Positions 11,369 to 23,217 of a stretch of DNA of 64,000 bases are shown here, piece after piece. Source of the stretch: Sarea resinae (taxonomy: Eukaryota); assembly GCA_026026165.1 (NCBI GenBank), contig JAPEUD010000014.1, positions 248,001-312,000 of the forward strand, written 5' to 3'. Within the stretch, counting starts at the first letter, position 1. Every line of letters begins with the position of its first letter. The notes under the pieces were generated by a model. The model made no database searches, was not told the origin of the DNA, and saw nothing but the letters and a program-made list of their open reading frames with translations. The position numbers and the translations under genes were made by a program.

Positions 11369-13421
11369 TCATGCGCCAAACTCCTTGATGTCGCCCTTGT
11401 TCTTGCCTGGCACCAGAGCCAGGGGCACAATGCCACTGACGTGCATTTCAGGGCCATAGACATGCATGTCAAGGTTCAGCTCCTGACCGACGGCTTTGAT
11501 GTTGCGGAGACCCTCCTGGTAGTTGGGGCCAGCGCGGCGAACCCAGATCTGGACCTTGTGGTCGTTCAAACCTGTGGCAAATTCACGAAGTGCTCGGATC
11601 ACACCCTTGAATGTTGAGGCAACCTAACAAACCAATATCAGGAAATGAGTCTCTGGAGAAGACAAGGTAACTTACATTTGTGAAGTTTGCAATACCACCA
11701 CCAATGAATAGAACTTTGCCCTCGGGGTGGGTTGGAGCACGAAGCATCAGGTCCAAGACGGTACGAGCATAGTGGAAGGTCTGTGTCTCGGTTGGTGCAC
11801 CAGAGTATTCTCCGTAGTTGGCAAGCTCCTCGGCAAAGCCGGCAGAGGCAATGGCGTCGGCATAGACGACGGATGCACCACCACCAGCAACCAGAGTCCA
11901 TATGCGACCCGAAGCATTGAGGATGGTCAGCTTAAGTGATGCACCCGTCTTTGCATCGAGATCGGCAATGTATGCTTCTTCCTTGCTCAGCTCGCGACCG
12001 AAAGGCGCAGGGAACTCCATAGGAGGGCCGGCATCAATCTCGACTTTGCCATTAATTGGTTTGACCAGGGGAAGACCCAGGTTGACGGCGCTGCGCGCAA
12101 CCGCCCACTTGACGCCACATTCGAATTCGGCAGTCTGGTCGAGCTTGGCAGCTAGATCCAAGAAGTGCACTTCAGCAGAGGTGGCATCGCTATTAGGGAT
12201 GACAACAAGAGGATTGATCTCGAGGTAACTGTGTGCGCGATTAGCAGGATGTCCGATCGGCGACTGATCTCGACATACGTAAATTGGCAGTCAACATAGA
12301 CTGCGTACAGCCTTGAGATGAAATCGACCAGCACATTGTGAACGCCCTTGGGTACCTTCTTGAGAAGAGTGGCAGCGATCTGTTCGTTCGAAGGATATTG
12401 CGAAAGGTCGATTGGAATGAGTATCTTCTCGGCCTTTGCGTCGACATCTCCAACATCCACACCGCCTTCGTGAGTGAACAATATCCAGTCGCCCTATCAA
12501 TCAAGCCTCACGTCAGCGTCACATGTCGAGTCATACGGTAAATAAAAAAAATGGTGGTATGTGTCTCGACCAGGAATAGACAGATTGCGCGAAATGAAGA
12601 TATTTGTGGATGACACGGAAAAGCGGGAGCAGATAAGAGTAACGCAGGCACGTCAACGTGCGTTACCAACAACAATTGGCGGATAAGGTGCCAGCCAGGT
12701 GGGTATGGGAATTGGTTCGGCCTAGCCTCCATTCGCCCGCTCGGACAGACTTCCAGAGCCGAGAACAACAAAAAGGCCCCCATCACCCAGCCTCAGAGCC
12801 CTGCAACCAATAAATCCGCAACTCGCACCAAGAGATGGTAGATGACTTGCAAGAGAATTTCAGAATGCATGAAAAAGCGATGTAAATGTGGCAATCTCAG
12901 AGAAAATTGCCCTCGCACTCAGCCAAGCACCGAAACTTGGCCATGCAGACAAAAACAGAAGACAATCTGAAACTCACCTCTCGCACAGAGTTAATGTTGA
13001 TATAGTACTCAGTTCCCGAAGGATGAGGGACAAAAGGCTCCACGAGGAATCGTCTCAGATAGCCTGACACAGACTCGACCTGCTGCGACTTCCCTGCCCG
13101 AGCTTGGATCCACTCTCTGGCTTCCTCCCAGGTCTTGTTCAAGGCCAACAGTCCGCTCTTGCCTCGTCGTTTGATCAATTGATCTGGCTTTGCCACGAAC
13201 TTGGCGCCTTTGGCCAGGAGCCATGGGTAGGTGGATTCAGCTTGGTCGAGCACCTTCTCCACGGGGGAGTCCTCCGGGAAATATATGGTCGCAAGCTTCG
13301 GTGGTGGGTTGTGTATCTTGCTGGCTTCAGGAAGAGGAGTTGGCTTGATGACTGGAGCTCTCGTGAGATGGTAGTTGAGGATGGCTTTGCCATCGGCTTC
13401 CGAGATTGCTTTGGCGGACAT
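11369..13421 (-). CDS. acl2: ATP-citrate lyase beta (ATP-grasp and citrate-binding) subunit; introns 12977-12494, about 12278-12229 and about 11675-11623
   Basis: [12 protein letters not shown] start, [49 protein letters not shown] and RRAGPNY motifs. Confidence 0.97.
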
Positions 13422-13465
13422 GATGGCGAGTTCTTTGAATGAAGGAAGAAATGACTATTGACTGA

Positions 13466-13690
13466 CTGTGCAAAGGAATCGGTAAGTTCTTGCTCGAAAC
13501 AGATTCTAACAAATGATCAAATTCCCGAAAAGCAATTTTTTCACACAGCAGCTTTCCAATTGATGCGATCGAAGATACGAAATGCTCTGCAGAGGATCAC
13601 GTTCGGGGCACCTCATCAACAGCATTCTGCGACAGCACGCACACCCAAGGGAAGCAATGAATTCCAAGCCACGATCGAGACCAAACATAC
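13466..13690 (-). other. Probable 5'-UTR intron of acl2
   Basis: CAG|GTATGT donor at 13690, a CTTAC branch-like site near 13482-13486 and a TTTGCACAG acceptor at 13466, about 45 nt upstream of the ATG. Alternative acceptors lie a few nt downstream. Confidence 0.55.
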
Positions 13691-15203
13691 CTGAACCTGG
13701 GTGTTGTGCCAAATGAAGTCGTCAATCGAGAGCTCTTTGCGACCGGCAGGATAAGCCTCGCAGAGTGAAGGTCGAAACTGGGTGTCGGGGTTTGAAGGCG
13801 TGCGACTACAAGTCCTGACAAGATTGGCTTCGTTATACGACAACTCGATTCGAAGACTGTGGAGAGGAATGGAGAAATGTGGATCCAGCTGCTCGCTCAG
13901 AGGGGAGAGGTCGAGCGTGCACTCGTGGTAACAATCGTGAAGGTTTTGGTGGTGGTGATGGATCGGATGTGGTGTGTCTCAATCGGTTGTGGTGGGTGGT
14001 GCTGATGGCTGCCCCTAGCGAAAGATTGTCCCTGGAGGTTCAGCCAAGCTGAGGTAGGTAGGGAACTACCTACTCGGAAGGTGGTTGAGCTGACGGTCGA
14101 CATTCAATTTCGTACTGGTTGGGGAACAAGTGCGAAGGTATCGGAAGTATACGGCCGACGGCGCCTTTTCTGATGGATCATCTCCCGCCCGTCTCACTGC
14201 AGCTTGGCGGCCGTCGAAAGCAGATCCGAGTAACGAGCGACCGGCGACCGACGACTCAGCTCAGATGCCTTTTACGGCATTCACATGGCGACCTCGATCC
14301 GGGCTGACCACCACCAGTTCAATCGATCAATCAATCAATCAATTCACTTGCATCGACCGGCGGCCTCGATTCACGCTGAGGACACGACTCTTTCTCGGCG
14401 CTTCTGTGCGACCCATTCACGATATCCCCCAGGGACCCGATATCAAGTCCTTTCATTATTGACTTCCCAAGCGGGATTGTGATACCTCGGAGCACGCAGC
14501 ATCCCCAACAAAGCGCAACGTTCACCCCATTTCGGAGCGCGACCCGGACCCTGAGCCGAGCATTAGGCGTCACTTCTCATCGAGTCTAAGGCCGTACTGG
14601 GCCCTACTGGCACTCTAGCACCAACATCGCCCGTCTGTGTCTCTGTCGACTAAAAGTACAAGGTGCCTTGTATCGCCTTTGGTGCCTCAACACAATTCCA
14701 ATCGCCTTCCACTCCTGTTGCTGAGTCCAAGGGACGGACCAGATCGCTCTCCAGACTCCACTCCAGCTCTCCACGCTCCACTGCCGGCTTCACCCATCAG
14801 CTGCTGCTGTTTGTGACCGTCAGCGTGGGCATTTGAAGCAGAGATACTTCTGCTCCCATTCACAGGTACCAATCGATATTCCCCGATCACCCTGCCGGGG
14901 AAGTAGCTGGACCTCTAAGCGAAAGACTTGCCAGGTAGTGAATCCTCACCTTCACCCGCGTCCATCCTCTTTGAACTGGCCGTCCGACCTTCCTGTCCAG
15001 CTCTCTCGAAACATCTCACCCCACCCTACTCCACTCCACGATCAAGCTCGATTCCCCGAATTCTAGCACCTTGCTCCTCGTGCAGTCCCACGAGCCATTT
15101 GGTCCTCCCATCTCGCCGCGAGGATCTTCTCCGCAACTTCTCATCTCTTCGCAATCTCCTCTGATCGTTGTGTTTTTGAGGTCCTATTTACTACCTCGAC
15201 ACC

Positions 15204-17505
15204 ATGCCTGCAGCCGCTCCAGTCACGGCGTCAGCCGCACAACTCAATGGCAATGGGGCCCTGACACCTGATGGAGCCTCTGCCAACGACAACATTCGCC
15301 GATTCGGCGTTGCACCCAGTCGGCCAATGACTCCTCGTGCGGATTATACCCTTTTCCATGAGAGGACGAGATGTCTAGTCTAGTGAGTCTTCCCGGCTGT
15401 TCGATAGTGAAACTTGGGCATCAACCCGGGTTTCGCGACGGAGATGTTTTTACTGACGATCTCGGTTTTGCCACAGCGGTCTACAACCTAGAGCAGTGCA
15501 AGGCATGCTAGACTTCGACTTCATCTGCAAGCGAACGAAGCCATCCGTGGCAGGAATCATCTACACTTTCGGAGGGCAATTCGTGAGCAAGATGTCAGTA
15601 ATCCCCGGATTGCTCGCCGTACAATTGAGGAGCGGGCTTCTCAAGATGGCGGAACATTGCTGATAGCTCACTTCTACAGGTACTGGGGCACGAGCGAGAC
15701 TCTTCTACCGGTCTACCAGAGCGTCGACAAGGCTATGGCCAAGCACTCCGATGTCGATACGATCGTCAACTTTGCTTCGTCTCGAAGTGTGTACAGCTCG
15801 ACGATGGAGTTGATGGAATATCCTCAAGTCAAGTCTATTGCCATCATCGCCGAGGGTGTGCCTGAGAGGGTTAGTGATATTTCCGCACCTGCAAAGAAAG
15901 ACCAGCTAATGAGATGTCGTAGCGTGCCCGCGAGATCCTCTACGTTGCGAACAAGAAGGGCATTACGATCATTGGCCCTGCCACTGTCGGTGGTATCAAG
16001 CCAGGTGCATTCAAGATTGGAAACACTGGAGGTATGATGGACAATATTGTTGCCTCGAAGCTCTACCGGAAGGGCTCCGTCGGCTACGTATCCAAATCAG
16101 GCGGCATGTCCAACGAGTTGAACAACATCGTGGCAAACCAAACCGATGGTGTCTATGAGGGTGTAGCAATTGGTGGAGATCGCTACCCTGGTACCACCTT
16201 CATCGACCATCTGCTGAGATACGAGGCGGATCCGGCGTGCAAGATCTTGCTTTTGCTCGGTGAGGTGGGAGGAGTGGAAGAATATCGGGTGATCGAGGCC
16301 GTGAAAATGGGAGTCATCACCAAGCCCGTTGTTGCATGGGCCATCGGTACCTGCGCGAGCATGTTCAAGACCGAGGTGCAATTCGGCCATGCCGGGTCCT
16401 TTGCGAACTCGCAACTCGAGACAGCAGCTATGAAGAACAAGAGCATGAGAGCCGCTGGAATCTACGTTCCGGAAACATTTGAAGATCTTCCCGCTCTTCT
16501 CGGTCAGGTCTACCAAGATCTGGTCAAGAAGGGAACGATCGTACCGCAGCCGGAGCCCGTTGTTCCTAAGATTCCTATCGACTATTCGTGGGCGCAGGAG
16601 CTCGGCCTCGTGCGAAAGCCCGCGGCATTCATTTCGACAATTTCAGATGACCGTGGTCAAGAGCTTCTCTATGCGGGTATGCCAATTTCGGATGTTTTCA
16701 AGGAGGACATCGGTATTGGTGGTGTCATGTCCCTTCTTTGGTTCCGCCGTCGTCTTCCCGACTACGCCAGCAAGTTCCTGGAAATGGTTTTGATGTTGAC
16801 TGCCGATCACGGTCCAGCTGTATCCGGTGCGATGAACACGATCATTACCACGCGGGCAGGAAAGGATTTGATCAGCGCCCTTGTCAGTGGTCTCCTCACC
16901 ATTGGATCTCGATTCGGTGGTGCACTGGACGGTGCGGCCGAGGAGTTTACAAAAGCGTTCGACAAGGGACTGAGCCCACGAGACTTTGTTGATACGATGC
17001 GCAAAGAGAACAAGCTCAGTATGCTTTTTTCCGCTTTCGTTTCAGTATTCTATAGTGCTAATATGCCATCTTAGTCCCCGGTATCGGCCATCGTGTCAAG
17101 TCACGAAACAACCCCGATCTGCGTGTTGAGTTGGTCAAGGAGTTTGTCAAGAAGCGGTTCCCAAGCTGCAAGCTTCTCGACTACGCCATTGCCGTCGAGA
17201 CGGTAACGACATCAAAGAAAGACAATCTGATTCTCAACGTTGATGGTGCTGTTGCCGTCTGCTTCGTCGACCTCCTCCGCAGCTGCGGTGCCTTTACCCC
17301 TGAGGAGGCCGAGGAGTACCTCCATATGGGCGTGCTGAACGGCCTGTTCGTCCTGGGACGTAGTATCGGCCTCATTGCTCACCATCTCGATCAGAAGCGT
17401 CTCCGTACCGGCCTTTACCGTCACCCATGGGACGACATCACTTACCTGTTGCCGACCCTTACCAAGGGCTCGACCAGCGAGGGCAGAGTTGAGGTATCTC
17501 TGTAA
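15204..17505 (+). CDS. acl1: ATP-citrate lyase alpha (catalytic His, CoA-binding) subunit; 4 introns (about 15383-15476, 15595-15679, 15870-15922, 17019-17074)
   Basis: [40 protein letters not shown], phospho-His motif [18 protein letters not shown] and [10 protein letters not shown]. Confidence 0.97.
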
Positions 17506-18211
17506 ACGGTGTCGGTATGCTGGGCTGGCCGATTTCAAAGCCATGGGGTAAGCTGACGCTGCTCTGGTGGCTTGGCTTCGCTTGGTCGTTGCACCGAGGG
17601 TGGGAAATAAGGTTGATCTTCAGTGATCTTTAGACTCGGCGGTTCTTGCGCGGGGAGTTGCTCGTCTTGTTATGTCCGGTCCCTTTCAGCTTTTTTCCAT
17701 TTTAGCTTAATTTTTCGAAGCAGACGATGGCTCTGTTGTTTTGTGCTCGGCCGCGGCGGCGGTAGCGGCCACCACCATCCATAGAAGGAAAATTCTGTGC
17801 AATAAAAATAAAGATACGAATGAACGGTTCATAATGATCTTTGATTCCTGATACCATACCATGATGTGGATGCCCCCCTATTTCAGTGTGCCGATCTCTG
17901 GTCCTCACCCCCCTTTGGTCCTCATCCCGCCTTGGTCCTGAGCCGTTAGGTACCGTTTCACCTCCTGATCCGCGCGCGTTCTTGTTCTCGTTCTCGTGTT
18001 GGACATGTTCGTACATGTTCGTACATGATCGTTGAGCGGAAGCTCCAGAGCGAGAGCACCCTTGACATGGGATGGGATGTGATGGGATGGGATGGACGGG
18101 ATGGGCCATCCATCCGTTTTCCTCTCTTTGTTTGTATAGAGGCTCTAGACCATTTTCCCATCGCACGCCTCAGTCATGCAGTCGTTTGCTCACTCGCTCA
18201 ATGCCATCATC

Positions 18212-18410
18212 CAAGAAGAAGAAGAAGAAGAAGAAGAAGAAGAAGAAAGAAAGAAATCTACGGTAGGGTAGGGTAGGGTAGGGTAGAGTAGGTAGGGTAG
18301 GTAGGCATCATCTCCCATACCATTCCAAGGTAGCTAGCTCTACCTGATTCTAGCACCTCAGTCAGCTCGGACAGCTCGGACAGCTCGGACAGCTCGGACA
18401 CTCGGACAGA
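18212..18410. repeat. Compound microsatellite block: (GAA)n, (GGGTA)n and a 9-bp (CAGCTCGGA)x4 tandem
   Basis: Directly visible at about 18212-18250, 18262-18305 and 18363-18410. Confidence 0.9.
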
Positions 18411-18746
18411 GTCAACTCATGTGTATCGTGTATCGTGTATCTGTAACGGCATTCGATAATCTATATTCCATATTCCATCATCAGGCAGAGCCTACCGAGG
18501 AACCGAGGAACGGGGAGGGGAGGGGAGGGGAGGGGAAGCTGGGCATGGAGTGGAGACGTATGGGTGGATGGATGGATGTGTTGGTCGCGCCGTCGTCGTG
18601 TGAATGAATGAATGAATGGTGGTGGGGGTTCTGATCTGTGATCGAGTTCCCTCCCGTCTGGAGTGAAGGTCTGGCGGAACAGAAGACAGTAATGAAAGGT
18701 AAGGAAGTTATGGCGTGTCATACGGCAGCAGGGGGAAAAAAGCTGA

Positions 18747-18749
<3 letters not shown>

Positions 18750-18777
<28 letters not shown>
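18750..18777. repeat. (GA)n microsatellite
   Basis: Directly visible. Confidence 0.9.
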
Positions 18778-18780
<3 letters not shown>

Positions 18781-18957
18781 TTGGATGAGTGAGACTAGGA
18801 TATGACAATAGCGCTTTAATCCACCCCCCCTGCCACTACTGCGCTCAGTGGGGGGCATGTAATGTATTCTATAATGCATCTATGTATATATGTGAAGAAG
18901 AGAAAAAGCCTACCCCTTCACCGTTCCTCTCTCTCTCCATCTTGACTCTCGTCTCTT

Positions 18958-21900
18958 CTATCGCCGCAATCCCTTCTTCAAGGCCCTCAACCCGCTCAGC
19001 GCCCCGGCTCGGCCCGGCGTTCTTCCAATCTCGATGACGAGAAAGCGGACGAAATCAGTCGAGACCCAGTAGCTGCTATGCGCGCCCAGCATATTCAGGT
19101 ATTGAATCTCCAGAGGCCAGACACCTGATCGGGGAGGGAGGTAAAAGTCGATGGTCAGGTTATCGTTGAGCAGGATAAACTTTTTCTCCGCGACTTCTTC
19201 GTGCGTGAAGTCGTGCGTTTCGAGTTCGATGGTGCTGGGCAGACGGGACGGCTCGGGTCTTGAGGCGTCTGAGGCGGAAAGAGAGCTGGTGAGGGGCTGG
19301 GACTTTTTGGAGGAGAAGAGCGACAGGGGGGAGAGCCAGCTTGAAGTGAAGGTGGGGAGGCGGGTGTCTTTAACAGAGGCGGCATAGTCTGCGTCAACGG
19401 TTGCGTTGAGACGGTATGCAATTGCTGCCAGAATCGTTAGCTTTCTTTTTCTTTGGAGTAGAAAAAAAGCGGTATCTAGGCGGGCGAGGAACATACGGTC
19501 ATTGTAGTGCAGCACGTTGTAGATATTGTCGACAGCTACACAGCCATACGTGCCGGCCTCTCCTGCAATGCCACGACCAATGTCCTCGCCATCGGCGCCG
19601 GGCTTATTCCTGCCTTTGCGTGGGATCAACGTGGCTTTGTAGAAATAGTCAGTCTATGTGCATCAGAGGATCAAAGTCGAGGGACGACGGATGAGAAGAA
19701 TCGCACCTCGGTTCAAGAGTAAGAAAAAGCCCGCCGGACTGCCACATAAGAACAGGTTCTTAGTGTCGAATTCGAAATGCCTGCGATCGATTTCTGTGCC
19801 GCTGAAGTCCGGCATCTGTTTCGGAAGCTTGGTCGGCTGCGTGCTCAGGATATCGATGGCCATAGCACTGCCCAACGAGTGCGCCAAGAGATGAACTCGC
19901 CCGGAAGTCTGAAAACCAGGGTTGTTTTTGCACCAAAGACGATAGACTCGATTCGACTCCTTAATGACTGCCTCGATCATCTTCGGTCTGTGATGCGAAA
20001 GGTAGTATGGGATGTCGAGCATGACATCGCTGATGAGATTTCGCACCGCAGGAATGGTGTTGGGGGTAATGTCTTCGAGCGAGAAGTCATTTTTCGTAGG
20101 ATCCGTATTCCCTTCCGCGCCGTTATCGTCTTCGAAAGAAACTGTCGACCGCCAGTTGATCTAGAACCCAAGTCAAATCAGTCAAAGAACATTCCTGCAT
20201 TGCCTTTGGGCGATGAGCTCACCGGAAGAACCATGATGCCTCCAATATCTTCTCTTAGGATATTCTTCATGGCATCCGACTCGGCGCCTAATTCGACATT
20301 GATCCGCCGCCGAAAATCGTTGATAGCGTGTGTAAAATGAAAACTCTCCACGCGCTCTGATAGCTTCTGTCCAATGCTAGTCAAGTCAGCAATCATATCC
20401 GCCTTGAAGCAATTTATTTTCTCACCCATGAATGACCAGGATGAGATCGGACACTTTTGGCCGCTCTTTTTGCACCCAGCAGGCTTGACATTGTCTTGGG
20501 CGATTCTGCTCACTTGCACCAGGCTGCGTGGCTCCCTGATATGCTTTCGCCGTGGCGCCGCTATTCTTTGCCGGATGCAAAGCTTCCCAACTTCGCCAAT
20601 CAAAGCCACGAATGACGGGTACGCCCACAGGTTTTCCGCCTTTGTGAATCGAGGTCAGAGGTTTTCGCCGATAGTACGCTGACGGTAGAAGATTCGGACG
20701 GAGGATGTATGCCTCTCGTGAATTCGCATACAAGACGCTTGCATTACGGTACAACCTGGCGGTCGTGGTCTTGGGAGGGATATTGTCCGTGTCGACGCCA
20801 AAGATTTCTGGCCCTGATGCAGCCATAGATGACCCAATTGCCGGATCAGATCCTTTACGACCTTCTTCGGTGCTCGATCGCATCTGCGAAGCTCCAGGAG
20901 GTGCCATGCTTTTCCCAGTACCAGCAGTGCCTGGGCGACTCAAAGACGGCTCTGACTCTTCAGGCCAAAGCTTGTGAACGACTTTAGCCTCACCTTCAGC
21001 ACCAACTTCGACGGCACTATTGAGCTCGTCGTTCCATGTCTGAGTCCACGGCCGAAGCTCCAGGTAGCCAGCCTCTAGTCGATTTGCGAGTGCTGAATCT
21101 ACGGGCGACATGTCCTTCCTGAAGAACCACGTAGCACGGACCACGGACGAGATATCGTGGACGGGTGACCAATATATTGGCTTCATCCTAAATCCACATC
21201 AGTAACATTCTTTTCAATGCTTGACTTGGAACTACATACTGGAAATCTGGCAGCATGACCAGATGGAGCCGTGAAACACCGACGGGCACAGAGACTCTAG
21301 GGATTTCTATTTCTGGGGACTCATTACGTCTTGACATCGACCTACGTGGACGGTAAATATCTGATCGTCTGCGGCGGCCGCGTCTGCTGGAGCTTGGCCG
21401 CTTGCTATCCTCACTCTCGGAGCCACTGTGAGAAACAGCACTCATCCTACGACTTCGACTGGGCCCCGTAGGCGAATATGTTCTCTCAGACCGAGAAGGA
21501 GCTCGGATAAATGGGTTCCCAGTGATATCATTCTCTATTGCATTGACGCCAGTGAGTCCCTCTGCAGGCATAACTCTTGGAGATTCAGGGGTGGCTGTAG
21601 CCCTCGGACTCGGTAAGTGAGCCTGTCCGTTCGCTCTGCTTATGCCTTTTCCCTTTACAGTTGTAGAATATGAGTCGCCGATTGTATCTACGCCGCCGTC
21701 CTCGTGCGTTTCAATATTGAGTCCTTGAGGAGGAAGTGCCGAAGAGCGTAGTCCGGAGGTCTGCTCCAGATCGTGGTTAATTCCTCCATCTCCGTCCACT
21801 AAAGGTCTAGAAGTGTCCGATCTATCCGTTGTATCAGCGCTTTTCCGTTTTCCACGAGTTTGTTGCTCGGATGAAGATTGCTCGAATGGCGCCGAAACAG

Positions 21901-22294
21901 CCTCGTCCGCAAAGCCGTGGTTATTAGGTTCAGGCGCTTTCGCTGACTCTGACTTCCCCACCCTAGCCCTGTCGCTATTTGCGTCTCGTTCTCTCGAGGC
22001 GTTGTTGGAGCCCACGGAGACTTGCAGCATGTGCTGCCATGCCTCCTCCAGGGCAGCGTTGTCGAATGCGGAGAATGGCCGTGGAGGGTGCTTTGGAGGT
22101 GCGGTAGAAGAACTACTTGAGGGCGGAGGTAGAGGAGATAGAGGATCATCGATCGGAACAGCAGAAGTGTAGAAAAACTGCGTTCTCACGGCGGGTGGGC
22201 TGTCGGATGTCGCTGGATCCTTTCCTGCGCCAGATGTACTTGAGCGGTCAGACAGCAAGCATGTTGGTCCGTAAGAGTGCTGCAATGTGGCCAT
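18958..22294 (-). CDS. DDHD-domain intracellular phospholipase A1 (Ddl1/YOR022C-like); 5 introns
   Basis: MKPIYWSP..VVRATWF, DLILVIHG|IGQK, LP|INWR, DVMLDIPYY, lipase box HLLAHSLGS, FLCGSPAG, and DDHD elements NVLHYND|PIAYRL, TIDF and AHSSYW. Confidence 0.92.
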
Positions 22295-23217
22295 TGCGAA
22301 TAAATCTGGGATAATCCAAAGGCAGCGTAAGCCATTGAATCAATAATGGACCCTTTCATGACATCTTACCAACAGGTCAAGAGCGAAAGATGCTCGACGG
22401 GAGAGAGAAAAAGGCTGGTTAGTGGGGCAGCGGCCAGCCTTTGGCGGAGGAAGTGTCGGGATAGCGAAGGGCCCAACGAAAAGACGCTGGGGGAGGAATA
22501 TGCTCTGACAGCGAGCGGGTTCGGTGGCGATGTATCAGCATATGGCCGGTCCTCACTGCGCAAACGTTTACCAGGTCGAGACTGAGAAGGATCAAGTCTG
22601 TGTGCGAAGTTTAGAGAGCTGGATGTCGAAAGTGAAGATGGTGGAAGGCATCTCGGATTCTACCATGAATGAATCACATGCCCCGGAAAGCCCGCAACAT
22701 GTCGTCTCGGGGCTCGCTTTCGCATGCAGTCACCTCAGTCAACATTCTACGTCATTTGTTGACTCGATGCAGTATGCTCCAGCTATATCACGGATTATTA
22801 CTAAATTATCATATATCAGACTTCGTGTAACCCATCTAGAGTATGTAATTATGAGATTCAGATGCTGTTGCCTCGGCCATTGTGTAGTGATTGAGATATT
22901 CTGCAGCTTTGGTAGAGGGTAGATTTGCAGCAAGTTCATCGGCCCAGATCAATGATGGCACACCCACCGAGGCGCTCAATGTGGTATGGCTCCGACATGC
23001 TACTCGACGTCGATGTTTACCCCAAAGATCACCAAGTCTCTAGCTACATGCACATCACCAAACAATCCGAAGAAAAGAAAAAAAAGAAATTCGAGTCAGT
23101 CCTCCCGTTAACGACTACCCAGATCAAGCTTCCAACGAAACAAAGGTCTCAAGGCACCATTATCGTAAAGTCAGATCAGCACGAACGCGGACGACATACG
23201 TGAAAATAGCAGCTAGA

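Noticed and set aside
12890..12945. GGTGC...CTGAGA in the acl2 intron, resembling a TPP riboswitch; also ACA-box-like ends suggesting an H/ACA snoRNA
   Set aside because: The TPP 3' core (ATACC...TGAT...GATAAT..CAGCG) is missing, and the hairpin-to-ACA spacing does not fit H/ACA geometry.
14521..14530. TTCACCCCAT, an SRE-like word in the ACL promoter
   Set aside because: A single imperfect match that is likely to occur by chance.
18363..18410. Short tandem repeats as a CRISPR-like array
   Set aside because: 9-bp units with no spacers, in a eukaryotic context with no cas genes.
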